Of a DNA stretch of 64,000 nt, positions 25,704 through 37,299 are shown piece by piece (the stretch's first letter is position 1; each line of letters opens with the position of its first letter). The stretch is from Takakia lepidozioides (taxonomy: Eukaryota > Plantae > Bryophyta): NCBI GenBank assembly GCA_030704615.1, contig CM060734.1:54064001-54128000 (forward strand). Direction: 5' to 3'. The position numbers were made by a program, and so were the translations under genes. The notes beneath the pieces are model-generated. The model saw only the letters and a list, made by a program, of their open reading frames with translations. It was not told the DNA's origin and did not search any database.

Positions 25704-28700
25704 AAACATGTCCAGGCTTTCAATGTGCTGTTGCTCGAAGTTGCGGACATGGCAGAACCAGAAATGGTCTTCAACTTTGTGGCGGGACTGGCCTCATGGG
25801 CCAGGCGGAAGTTGGAGGAGAAGCCACCCAAGACTTTGAACGAGGCAATTGAGAGGGCTGAATGTTTCTCGGATGTCCCTAGGGGTGAGAGACAAGGCCA
25901 TACGGAGCTGAACCACAAGAAGACCCGGCGGGAAGGTGACTCCTCCCGACCGGAAAAGAAGTGGGATAGGCCACGCGGCGATAATGGCACGTGGAAATCG
26001 AAGGGAGGGCCTTCACACGTCAAGGCGGCACCCGGTGCTTCGAAAGAAAAAGCGGGTGGAGCGGCTTATGGCGGACAGAAGGCGACCTTTGATGGAGTGT
26101 GTTTCAATTGCGGGGAGCCCGGGCACATGGCCAAGAAGTGCACGAAGCCCCGGCAATTGAACATGACTCGGGCGACCACGGAGCTGTCGGAAGATACCAT
26201 CAGTCGCTTGGTGGAAGCGGTGGTCGCCAGGACTTGCAAGGTAGGCAACTATTCTTGTGAGTTGTATCAGGAAACTGGCGCCCTGCGTAAAGGGAGTCAG
26301 TTATTGTTCGTGGATGGGATAATATCCGGAACTAATGTGTCGTTGTTGGTGGACACAGGAGCGTCGCACTCCTTCATGACACCGGCGGCGGCACAAAAGC
26401 TAGGACTCCTGACAAGTGACGTGGGGGCCTCTTTATGAGGTGCGTTCTGCCAAAGGAGAACCACAGTTGGCGACAAGGTTGGCGTTTAATGTTCCTCTTC
26501 AACTGGGGAGTTGGGAGGGACGTGAGAACTTCACCATCTGCGAGATCAATGGAGTAGATCTCATTTTGGGGATGACCTTTCTGAGTAAATCCGGAGCGGT
26601 CATAGATGGCCGCAAGAGAGTAGTCACGCTGCCATGTGGGAATGGTGGCGAGGTCTTACGAGTGTCGGAAACGCCCAAATCCGTGGGAGGGCGAATAAGC
26701 CTTCTGTCAGCAAGGGAGTGGGCCGTGGAAGAGGCACACGAACCCCAGTTTTTGCTTTACATTAGAGAAGTGAAGGGAGAAGGCGATGGGGAGCCGAACC
26801 CAGATTGGATCAAGGGGATTTTGGAGAAATACCAGGATGTGATGCCGGAGGATTTACCAAGCGGCTTGCCACCGCGAAGAGGAGTTGACCACAAGATTGA
26901 GGTGATACCGGGATTGGAACCGCCTGCCAAGGCGCCCTACCGGTTGAGCCACAGAGAGTTGGTCGAGCTGAAGACTCAGCTCAAGGATCTAATGTCAAAG
27001 GGGTACATCCGGCCGAGTAAGTCACCTTACGGAGCCCCGGTGCTATTCGCAGACAAGAAGGATGGGACGCTGCGGATGTGTGTCGATTACAGGGCTCTGA
27101 ATAAGGTGACTATCAAAAACCGGTACCCTTTGCCAAGGATCGACGACCTCTTCGATCGGTTGGCAGGAGCGAAGTATTTCAGCCGGATCGACTTGCGCTC
27201 CGGCTATCATCAAATTCGGGTGGCGGAAGGAGATGAGGAGAAGACCGCGTGCAGGACAAGGTATGGTTCATATGAGTTCTTGGTGATGCCTTTTGGGCTC
27301 ACCAATGCACCAGCGACCTTTAGCACGCTGATGAACAGCCTTTTTCAGGAGTGGTTGGATGACTTTGTGATCGTGTACATCGACGACATCTTGGTGTACT
27401 CGAAAACAAAGGAGGAGCACCTGGAGCACCTCAAAAGGGTGTTCCAAAAGTTGCGGGAAGGGAAGCTGTACGCCAAAGCTTCAAAGTGCGAATTCGGGGT
27501 CACGAAAGTAGAGTTCTTGGGGCATGTGATTACACAGGATGGGATCAAAATGGATGACAGAAAGGTGAGGGCGATCTTGGACTGGGAGCCTCCGACTTCG
27601 GTCCCGGGAGTGCGATCCTTCCTAGGACTCGCCTCCTATTACCGGAAGTATGTGAGAAATTTCGCCAAGATCGCGGGGCCGCTGTCGGACCTTCTGTGTA
27701 AATCCAAAGTCTGGGTATGAAACACATTTTGTGGCCAAGCTTTTGCTGAATTGAAGCAGCGGATGGCGGAAGCTCCAGTCTTGAAAATCCCGGAGTTCGA
27801 TCGTCCATTTGAGATTCATACAGATGCGTCGGACTTCGCGATTGGGGGTGTACTTATGCAAGATGGACGTCCAGTGGCTTACGAAAGTAAGAAACTGAAT
27901 GAAGTGGAGCGACGGTGGCCTACGCACGAAAAAGAGATGAAGGCGGTGGTGCATTGCCTTGAGCTTTGGCGCCACTATGTTGGTTCCAACCCAGTGAAGG
28001 TGTTCACGGACAATGTCACGGTGAAGTATTTTGCCACGCAGCCCAAGTTGTCCCCAAAACAACTTAGGTGGCAAGATACTTTGGCGGTGTTCGATGTGGA
28101 TATCCAGTACAAACCAGGACGAGACAACGTGGTGGCCGATGCTTTAAGTAGAAAACAGCAGCTCTTGTTGGTGTACAAGGGTGAGACGGCGCTCCAAAGG
28201 AAGATCCGAAAGGCTTGCCGGAAGGATGAGCTGACGAAGTCCGTGATGCAGGACTTGAGGATGGGGGTTAAATCGCAGTTCCACTTGCAAAATGGACTGC
28301 TCCGGTATAAGCAAAAACGTCTCTACGTGCCAAAGGGAGGGATCAGAGATAGCCTCTTGAGAGAATGCCATGATAGCCCGCTTGCGGGCCACGGCGGAGC
28401 CAAGCGCACTGCAGCACTCTTGAAGAAAGAGTATTTCTGGCCCAAACTGAGGGAGGAGGCAGAGGAGTATGTCAAGACATGCACCACATGCCAACAAAAC
28501 CGGAGCGAGTACAAAAAGCAAGCGGGGCTGTTACAACCCTTGCCGATTCCAGAGGGGACTTGGGAAAGCGTCTCGATGGATTTCATGACTGCTATGCCGC
28601 TGTCAAAAGGATTCGATGCAATCATGGTGGTGGTGGATAGGTTCAGTAAAATGGGCCATTTCATCCCCACCAAGGAGACGGCAACGGCGCAGGAGACAGG

Positions 28701-29643
28701 GCGACTTTACTTCGCCCACGTCTTAAAGCATCATGGAGTCCCGAAGGATATTGTCTCGGATCGCGATCCAAAGTTTACGAGTAAATTTTGGAGGACACTT
28801 TGGAAGAAGATGGGGACGAGGCTGAAGATGAGCACCGCCTTCCGACCTACAACCGACGGCCAAACAGAAAGGGTGAATTCCGTAGTGAAGCAGATCTTGC
28901 GGAATTACGTGTCGGCAGACCAAACAGACTGGGTGGAACACTTAGACGCGGCAGAGTTCTGTTATAATAACACAGAACACTCCGCAACGGGAGTTTCCCC
29001 TTTCGTATTGGTCTATGGAAAAGCACCTCTGGTGCCGACAAGTTGGGCCGCCTAGGACGTTGAGGAACCGGCAGTAGCGGCGGTACTGGAAGAACGCGAA
29101 CGTTTGTTGAAGCTCGCAAAGTACAACATTGCCAAAGCCAGGAAACGGTATGAAAGGCAGGCGAATCGGAAGCGGAGGGAAGTGAAGTTTGAGGCAGGCA
29201 CAGAGGTCTGGTTGAACATCAAGAATTTCCGACTACCTCCGGAAGTGAGTCCGAAGTTCGTACCTCCGTATGCGGGACCCTTTCGCATTCGAAAGGTTAT
29301 GAATGAGGATGTGTATGAATTGGAGCTGCCGGCAAACAGCAAGGTGCACCCAGTATTCTATGTCTCCCTTTTGAAGCCTTACTTCAAAGATGAAGCGCGT
29401 CCGAATCGGCATCAAGTGTTGCGTCCGCCACCTATGCTGTTAGATCATGAAAATGAACCTGAGTACGAGGTGGAGGCAATACTTAAGTCGAGGAGGTTCA
29501 AGAACCGAGAAACGGAGTATCTCGTCAAATGGAAGGGCTATCATCATGTGAAGGCATCTTGGGTGCGTGCCTCAGAAATGGGAAACGCATCCGAGGCGGT
29601 TGCAGCTTTCGAAGGGCGACCTCAAAAGCGGAAGAAACGTTGA
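25704..29643 (+). pseudogene. Ty3/Gypsy chromovirus gag(3')-pol: zinc knuckle, protease, RT, RNase H, integrase, chromodomain
   Basis: CFNCGEPGHMAKKC, LVDTGA, YIDD, TDASD, HHCC and DDE integrase, GPF, YEVEAIL..YLVKWKGY. Frameshift at ~26430 and stops at 27718 and 29053. Confidence 0.96.
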
Positions 29644-30547
29644 TGGGGACATCAACCTTGGAGCGTGGGGGAGGAAATGCATGCCTAGCCCGGCTTAGCT
29701 AGCTTAGGAATCCGATTACAAAAACTTGTATTGTACAAAAATTTGTTATAAAGGAAATGGGTTCCAAATGTTGTGCGTCCTATTTTGTTTGGAATGGTGA
29801 TGCATGGTATGGTTGGCTAGTGTGTAGAATGCATGCTAGCTTATAAAAGTGGGAGAGGTAAATGGGTTAACCGTGTGTTTGCGTAGTGCCGAAATCGGGT
29901 GACCCCCATCCAAGGGGCAAGGAAACTTGCGACTTCTTTGGGAGTTCACGTGCTAGTGCGCACCTGGCGCGTGCGCGTACTATAACTGCGCTACCGAGGG
30001 GGTTGCCTTGTAAAGCGGGCTAACGCGGAAGCTACGTGCTTCCGTTCACGTACTATAATCGTGTAGCCTCGGGACGAAGTTGTAGTGCGGCTTCGGCGTG
30101 TTCCCGTACCTCAGGCCAGCATTCCAAGGCGGACCCAATTGTAGTGATTGGGGCGCACGGTTGGTTCAAGGTTATCTTCCTAGTCAAAGAGGGTTCCAGG
30201 GAACCCTTGCTCAAGGTGATGCCAAAAGCGGCATCATGAGCGATCGCAAGCAATGTTGTTGCAGTAAGGCGATTCGATCCTCGGGGAGGATCGTTCCTTG
30301 GCCTTGAAGTAGGCCAAGAAGAGTGCACTGGGAGGAGCTGGAGAGGCTCCACCCTTGGCCGGGACTTGGAGGAAGTCGGCCGAACTAGCTAGTGGAGAGT
30401 AGAGTCAAGTGTGGGGTTTGGTTCTTTGCCATGGGACGCCATGGTGCGGAAACAAACTCCTTGATGTGGGACGCCACAGCTTGGATGTTCGTTTCTACAA
30501 AATGGACAAGTCGATGAGGACATCAACTCCCTGTTGGTAGGGGTGTG

Positions 30548-31272
30548 TGTCGCGACCCTTTGCCTTGAGGGCAGGGGGTCGGGACACATGAGGGGCTGCC
30601 CCTGTAGTGGGGGCATTGGCAGCGATAGGTATGGGGGCTGAAGCACCCTTGAGTGCCCAAGGCACTCAAGGAGGCGGAGGCGCTCACTAGGTGGAGCCCC
30701 GCACACCGGGTTGCGGTGGGGGTAGCTCCACAAGGGGTGGTGATAGCTTAGCGGGACTTAGTGGGGGTGGCATAGGACTCACCATGGGGGCGGAGACCTC
30801 GTGGTGGGAGTCGTGGGGAGTCGTGGGACTCATCACGGTCCATAGGGGCCGTGATGAGTGGGCCAAGACTCACCGCGACTCATCACCGGGAGTCGAGGGT
30901 TTTCGTGGTGGTTCGCCATAAAATGGCATGGCTGGTTATGAAACCCCCGCGGACAGCTACAGAAGTATATATAGGGAGTAGTAACCCCGAGAACGGTGCA
31001 AGCCCGTTGGTGACCAAAAACTAGTGAGTAAGCGAACGAGCCGGAAAGCGACCAAAGAGAGGGGAGCTGTTCCGGACTGCCATCTACCAAAGGGAATTCT
31101 CCTAGTCCCAAATAGGTGGAGGGTTTAGAGGGAAGCGAAGGGGGACCGTTATGTCCTGGTGAGCAGCCGAAGCTCCAAGTTGGCCCGGGCGGCCAGGTTG
31201 GGAGTCAGGCGCGCGCATCAAAGCGAGTAACTATGACTTGAAGGGGAGCTTACCGAAGTGAGGTGCGCGACA
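30548..31272 (+). repeat. 3' LTR of the chromoviral Gypsy element
   Basis: TG...CA termini, preceded by purine-rich GGTAGGGG, followed by TSD GTAGG (31273-31277). Confidence 0.95.
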
Positions 31273-31277
31273 GTAGG

Positions 31278-32414
31278 GGGAAGGGGGCACAAGGGCAGGT
31301 AGGTGGGCAGGGAAGTGTTGCTGATACTGGCCCTCTGGTGGTTGTCCAGCAGACTCCACCGCATGGTAGGGGATCCGGGAGAAAGAACAAGGGGGTGGTT
31401 GATCCCAAGGACCCGTACCATGCAGTGGAGCATCCCACAAGGGTCATTCGCCCTACCAGGTTGGAGATGGCCAACGTTGGGTTCCTTGCCATGATGGAGT
31501 CCAAGAAATCTGATTACAAGGGCGAACCATCACCAGTGTGGGAGAGGATTGTGGAGTTCCTCGGCACGGTGCGTGTTGTCTTTTGCTTCTTGTCTGTTGT
31601 GTGCATGGATCGTTTCAATCCTCTTGAGCATTCCATTGCATGCTTGTTTGCAGGCTAAAATGACCAAATCCTGGGTGAACGGGAAGGAGAAGCCATATGC
31701 AGCCGAACTCATCATCTTGGACATCCCTGATGGCTTGCCAGTCCCGGATGTCCCTCCATCGGGTGCTTGTCCAGGTTGGAATGCTTTTGATGAGCGCTAC
31801 TGGCGGTGGATTTTCTCCTTTTGCAATTTCTTTCTGTCCGATGCAGGTGTTTTGGTGTTCATCCAATCCATCGACCTTCACTGTCACCGTGCACTTGCCA
31901 GCTATTTGAAAGCCTCCGGTATGAGGGTCGTGAAGACATGGAATTGTGTGAACAGCATGTACCTGACGAAGGGGGATAGTCCCGGAGAGATGGTAAATCT
32001 GCCTTCTTATTCCTCTTCTTGGTGGTTCTCGGATGGAGTTGCATAAGTCGCTCAAATGAATATGTAGGGGCCTGGTTTTCAAGCTTCTTAGTTCCTTGTG
32101 GATGTCCTGTTCATAGACTCGTTTGTTTGAAGCTATTTGTCTCGTCCGAGTGCATCCACCTACGACTCCAGCCGTCATTAGGGAGTTCGCCATCACTCAT
32201 GGGGGCAAGTTCATAGACGAGAGGACAGATCCTCCCACGGATGACATGCACCACAACTACGTGGACAACAACGTGGACAACAACGTGTGCTTGCGAAGGG
32301 GGAATGGGGTTCCTTGGAGAGGGGCCAGGGAGAGGAGCCTGGCTTTCATTCAGACGATTGTGGAGTGCTGCACCTACACAGACGCCAGAGTTTTGGATTT
32401 GTCAATGGGCATAG
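31278..32414 (+). pseudogene. 3' part of the ParB-MTase gene: beta-class N4-cytosine/N6-adenine DNA methyltransferase-like domain, truncated
   Basis: Predicted exons 31278-31568, 31654-31992 and 32117-32414. Motifs occur in beta order: IV AELIILDIPDG, VI FLSDAGVLVFI, VIII FEAICLVR, X RERSLAFIQTIVECCT, I RVLDLSMGIG. Cut off by the right TIR. Confidence 0.75.
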
Positions 32415-32565
32415 GTTCGTCTCTTCAACATTCACATTTCGTGAGGTTTGTTTGACCTTGCACTTTCAGCTCTTCCCACCGTTCCAAATGTGTCTTCAAT
32501 GTCTGTTTGCTCACGGTTTCCTGGGATCACAGGCTCACGCCTCTGGGCACACATAATAGCCCCCC

Positions 32566-32974
32566 CTCATTCTCATAGACTGGAGCATTCAAGGCGGTGA
32601 ACTGTGGCACTCGGCATCAATTGTCGCGGCAGCTCCGATTACAATAATGCGGGGAACCATGGAGCACTGCAATAGTTGATGACCGTCATCAACGATATCA
32701 ACCCCAATCGTTTTTACAACAATAAAAAATAAATTATATGCGGCGCTTTCGAGGGACAATTCATTTGTGTCTTTTTGCAAAAGGTCCGGCGACACTCCCG
32801 ACTACTCGATCAAGACCTTGATTCAACAACTTGCAGATCACGGTTGTAAGGTCCGTGGGAGTATCCACTTGTCTATGACAAGACAACAATGTTATCGACG
32901 GGATGCTGACCGTCAATGCGATCGTTTTTGGGTGCAATTATAATGACAATGTCAATAACGTTGATTTATGCTAA
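32566..32974 (+). pseudogene. KP4 killer-toxin-like pseudogene, copy 1 (5' truncated)
   Basis: ALGINCRGS...INPNRFYNN...LADHGCKVRGSI...GMLTVN, with stops and frameshifts. The start of the signal peptide is missing at the TIR junction. Confidence 0.85.
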
Positions 32975-33488
32975 GCGGAAAGCAAATCTCCTAAAGCGAA
33001 CATCGTGACAATGATATGAATATAGCAAAGCAAAAGACTTTAGCCTAAGTTGATATCCGTGGCGTTCCAAAGATGTCAGCTGCATGATACAAATCATTGT
33101 TTTTTTATTTTTTGTTTATTTTTTCTGGAAAATGGCAGGAAATAGCCGTATATTTTGTTCATTTTATTTGGAGAAGTTTGGCGATTTCATCCTTGAAATA
33201 ACAACATTTGCGACAAAACAGTTTATTTACGTATTCTTTGTTTTGTTGTGGATTTGAATTTTTTTTTTTGTATTTTTAGATCAACAAATTTAGATTTTTA
33301 AAAGGTTGTTGATCTATGCGGACATCAAAGTCCTCCACCGGCAACTTTACTACCAAACTACTACAACTCGATCTCAAGTATATATATGTCTCCGCTTGAA
33401 GGTTACAATAAAATACATTAGACTCGCAACCAAGCAAACACGAGCGACCTCCTCGTAATATTTCTTCGTCTTACCATTGCATTTCATC

Positions 33489-33947
33489 ATGGCACTACAT
33501 TCATCAGTTGTCCTCACCGTTCTCATTCTCATAGCCTTGAGCATTCAAGGTGGTGTTGTGGCACTCGGCATCAACTGTCGCGGCAGCATGTTTTGCTGGA
33601 GTTATTGGGACTATAGAGAAGTACTATTTGCGTTGGAGAGCGTCATCGACTTTCATATCGACCCTAATCGCTTTTACAACAATGAAGAACAGATTGCCTG
33701 CGGCTTTTTTGAAGGACAAAGTTTTTATGGACAAAACTTTTGTGTCTTCTGCCAAAGTTCCGGTGGCGCTCCCGGCTACTCGATCAAGACCTGATTGGAG
33801 AACTTGCAGATCACGGTTGCAAGACCTGTGGGAGTATTCCACTTTTCTATCCACAACAATATTGCCAACGGAATATTGACAGTCAACGTGGTCAAAAACG
33901 CCTGCAAATATGATACTTATGATGGTTACACCGTTGGCCTATGCTAG
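33489..33947 (+). pseudogene. KP4 killer-toxin-like secreted protein, copy 2 (two frameshifts)
   Basis: Signal peptide MALHSSVVLTVLILIALSIQGGVVA then LGINCRGS (the KP4 N-terminus). After frameshifts: LIGELADHGCKTCGSIPLFY and NNIANGILTVNVVKNAC, matching KP4 HGCRVCGSDP..GQLTVNYV. TATA-like element at ~33379. Confidence 0.9.
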
Positions 33948-36144
33948 TGAGCGGAAAGCAAACACTACAACATCCCATGGGATTTCCAACCAGCAAGGTT
34001 TCACTGTTATTTTCACTATTGACATATTTCACTATCATTTCACTATAGTTAAGAATTGCTGACAAAACTTTAAACTCACTATGTAATAGTTACGCTGGAA
34101 GTGATATTTATGATATTTCAATAACTAATGGTAGTGGCAAATGTTTAAAAGCAATGTGTACAACAATTCAAATGTATATGAACATTTGGATATTTTCAAC
34201 TATCTATGGCTTAAATAATACTTAAGCAGTTCACACATTCAAAGTGACAATATATCAAGGAAGAAACCAATTTACTTTGGAAAAATCCATTGATTTTGGG
34301 TAGAAGGCCAAAAATGAAAACCATGTGTGGATGGGTAGAATTGTGAGTCCTCTAGCTATTCCCCAAAAAACTACGTCAAAGAGGTTTCATATGACCAATA
34401 TATGGCCAAACCTATAAAGTATAATCTAAATCTGACCTTATAAATTTTTAAATTTAAAACAATAAATATTAATTCCGCATTCATTACAATAATTTGAAAA
34501 TTTGGCTTAGAAGCATATAATTGACCGATTAGTAAAATCTTTCACTATAGCTAGGGAACATTACTCACCTATACACGTGGAACAATATGAGTGGCTGAAA
34601 AATGCGTGGTACCAACTACGTGGGATATACAGTCATGGACATTTTTTGATTCAATCTCTTCGTCTTTAGTTTAACGAAGTCCTACATGTGCGAGCTTGCG
34701 TGATTATGTGTAGGAGCTAAGTCCTAAAATGTGTGATTTGTATTGTGTGTGTGATCTTTGAAGGTGGTTGAGCTAGCTTTTCTCATGTATAAAAAAAGTA
34801 TGTTGTCACTCACCCACTACTGCGATTAGGGGGGTCTAACGACGCCCACGCCCGATCGCGGGCTTGGGCGAGCGACACCAGCCGCAAAGGCCAAAAAACG
34901 ATGCCCCAGACAGCACCCCAGACGCCCCAAAAGTACTTGAAATTATGAGACCAAGTTGGTGTACCCCTCCTCATCGTGCACCCCTCCTTATCGAGGGCTT
35001 TCCAACAGTACGAAGCACCAGGGTTGGTGCCCGCGGTTTGAAAGATCTCAACGTTACAAAACAAAACAAAACAAACAAGCGGCTCGTCGCGTAATGGCTC
35101 CTCTTAGTTGATGAACTATGTTAATATCAAATAATATAAGTAGGTAATTTAAAATCAATATATAAAGTTTATGGTCTGTCCAACATGCCTTTGTTTAATA
35201 CCAGATAGTAATGTCGGTGAGGCACGTTTGTCCAAACATCACTAATTGAAAGCCATAAATTGTAGTACTGAAAAGAATCATGAATATTTATAATTATTTT
35301 GTTGATACAAAATTATTATGTAAATATCTACACTAAAATCTCATAATATTATTGTTGGATAAAATAAACATTAAACTTATCACTATTTTGTATTTTTTGT
35401 TTTGAAAATCAGTGAGGTAAGAAGCACTTTAAATTAAAAAGAGGCGGATTACAAAAGAAAAATATAACTTTACGAGTCCGTAATTAATTATAGTGGATTA
35501 GATGAAAGCCACCTATAATTTTTTACAAGTGGCTTATCAAGGTTTTGGTCATGGTTAGTTGGAATTACCTACTTCTAGTTAACTATGACATTTCGGATAT
35601 TCATATTAGTATTTTGTGTGTTGGGACCTCATTTGGTCTCATATGACGTAAGGATGGTTTTCCGCTTGTGATGATTGATGAGGCTCACATTCTTGTAGTT
35701 GAGCCTCCATGAGTCTCTCTCACCTCCATAGCTCTAGGTATTGAGAGAGAGTGTAATAGAGGGCTTTATAGGGTGGATTCCTTATCAAAAGTGTCATTGG
35801 CTTGACTTAGTTTATGTTATGTGATTGAGTGGATTTTCACTTGGTGGAGTGTGCCATTGCGTTTCTATCTTCTCTTCACGTTTCACAAGTCCCTAGGAAT
35901 CAACTAAGTGTGTGAAAACATGAGTGACAAGCATGAGAAAAGGGTGGATTCCAAAAGAGCACCAAACAGCAGACTGCGTAAAAACACTCTGGGTGCTGCG
36001 TCTCAAGCTGTACACACCTGAAGAATGTTGAGCCAATAAGTCACACACACATGTCCACTGATGTCCCCTAAAAAATTCCAAGCAGCCCAAGCTGCTGGGT
36101 TCTTTGGCATCAGCCTCGTATCCCGATGCACATTCACTTTCATT

Positions 36145-36700
36145 ATCATTGTGGCATAGCTTTCTAGGATGGCTTGTTAGGAAATGTGGTTAGATAGCGA
36201 TGTGGGTTGTGGCACGATGCTTAGGTATACGACATGCTCAAAATTTAAATGTGTTGTCGTGCGCATACATATCGCTACACAACTACATCGCTGTCCAAAC
36301 CACACCACACATATATGCACAATAAAGTAGTCTGCCACAATAGATAAACAAGCTAAACATGACACACACTCTCAACACAAGAAATATGAAATCCATCGCT
36401 ATCACTCTTTAAAATAGAAGTTGAGCCAGGGGCACCCCACGCTATGGGGACTCCACCCCACAACAACCTATACTCCCATCATAAGCACACTCAGATCTAA
36501 ACGCATGAAGGAGCTCGGTCGCGCAGGCTCAACTCGAGAGAGATGAGCTGCGCGACTGCCGCTCTCGTGAAGATAAGACGGTTTAGGTGTCAAACTAAAC
36601 TTGACACCTGATTTAACACTTGACCTAAATCCAAGTGTTAAATACAAATAACTAGCTTTATTCTAGTTGTTTTCACACTGTGCTTATTTAACTTGACAGC
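36145..36700. repeat. Patchwork of segments copied from 47361-48042 plus a copy of the 85-bp LTR-like unit
   Basis: 36145-36253 matches 47931-48042 (direct), 36254-36338 matches 36701-36785, 36343-36503 is the reverse complement of 47361-47522, and 36504-36699 matches 47698-47892. Confidence 0.85.
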
Positions 36701-37299
36701 TGTCGTGCGCATACATATCGCTACACAACTACATCGCTGTCCAAACCACACCACACATATATGCACAATAAAGTAGTCTGCCACAATCGCCCCCCTAGCT
36801 GGTGGATAGGTCCCTCTACCTCCAGATAGCTACAAGATGTAATAGCCACAACCGTATTGAGTCCTCTATCACTGTCCCTATTGCACTCAAACCCTATAGA
36901 CCAAGAGGCCGGGTACAAGAGTAGCCCCATTGTTAGTCGCCGTCTTGCAATCTGTGAACTTGAGCCAGGACCTCGTGTGTTTAAGGTCTCCTAGTAGCTG
37001 GGCCTTGCGTTTCTTGTTAGCCTTCCATGGTTGTATCCACTCCCACTATCCAATGCAATGTGGACATAACCAATCCCCATCCGGAACCATCTTCCACACA
37101 ACCACGTCCTCAGTTGAGCAGACTACTTGGTTCTACTATTAACTACTGTTAGCAGACTACAACAGTCTCCGTCTGTTTAACCAGTCTGCCGCGTAGTCTG
37201 TTGGCCGCTGAGCAGTCTGCCGGCTAGTCTGTTGCATGTTGAGAAGTCTGTCGCGTAGTCTGCTGGCCGCTCATCAGTCTGCTCGGCAGAGTGTGTGGC

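Larger units (their letters stand above)
14763..32566. mobile_element. Putative giant TIR DNA transposon (superfamily unknown) with palindromic repeat arrays and a ParB-MTase cargo gene, containing a nested Gypsy element
   Basis: ~58-bp imperfect inverted termini: 14763-14821 GGGGGGTGCTATTCCGTGAGCCCGGAGGCGTGAGCC... versus the reverse complement of 32509-32566 GGGGGGGCTATTATGTGTGCCCAGAGGCGTGAGCC... (about 10 differences). No TSD and no transposase recognised. Confidence 0.6.

Noticed and set aside
21803-31272. DIRS-like element with inverted terminal repeats, or two separate retrotransposons
   Set aside because: It has a DDE integrase, a shared 5-bp TSD and a split gag that rejoins in frame, so it is one Gypsy element plus an inversion.
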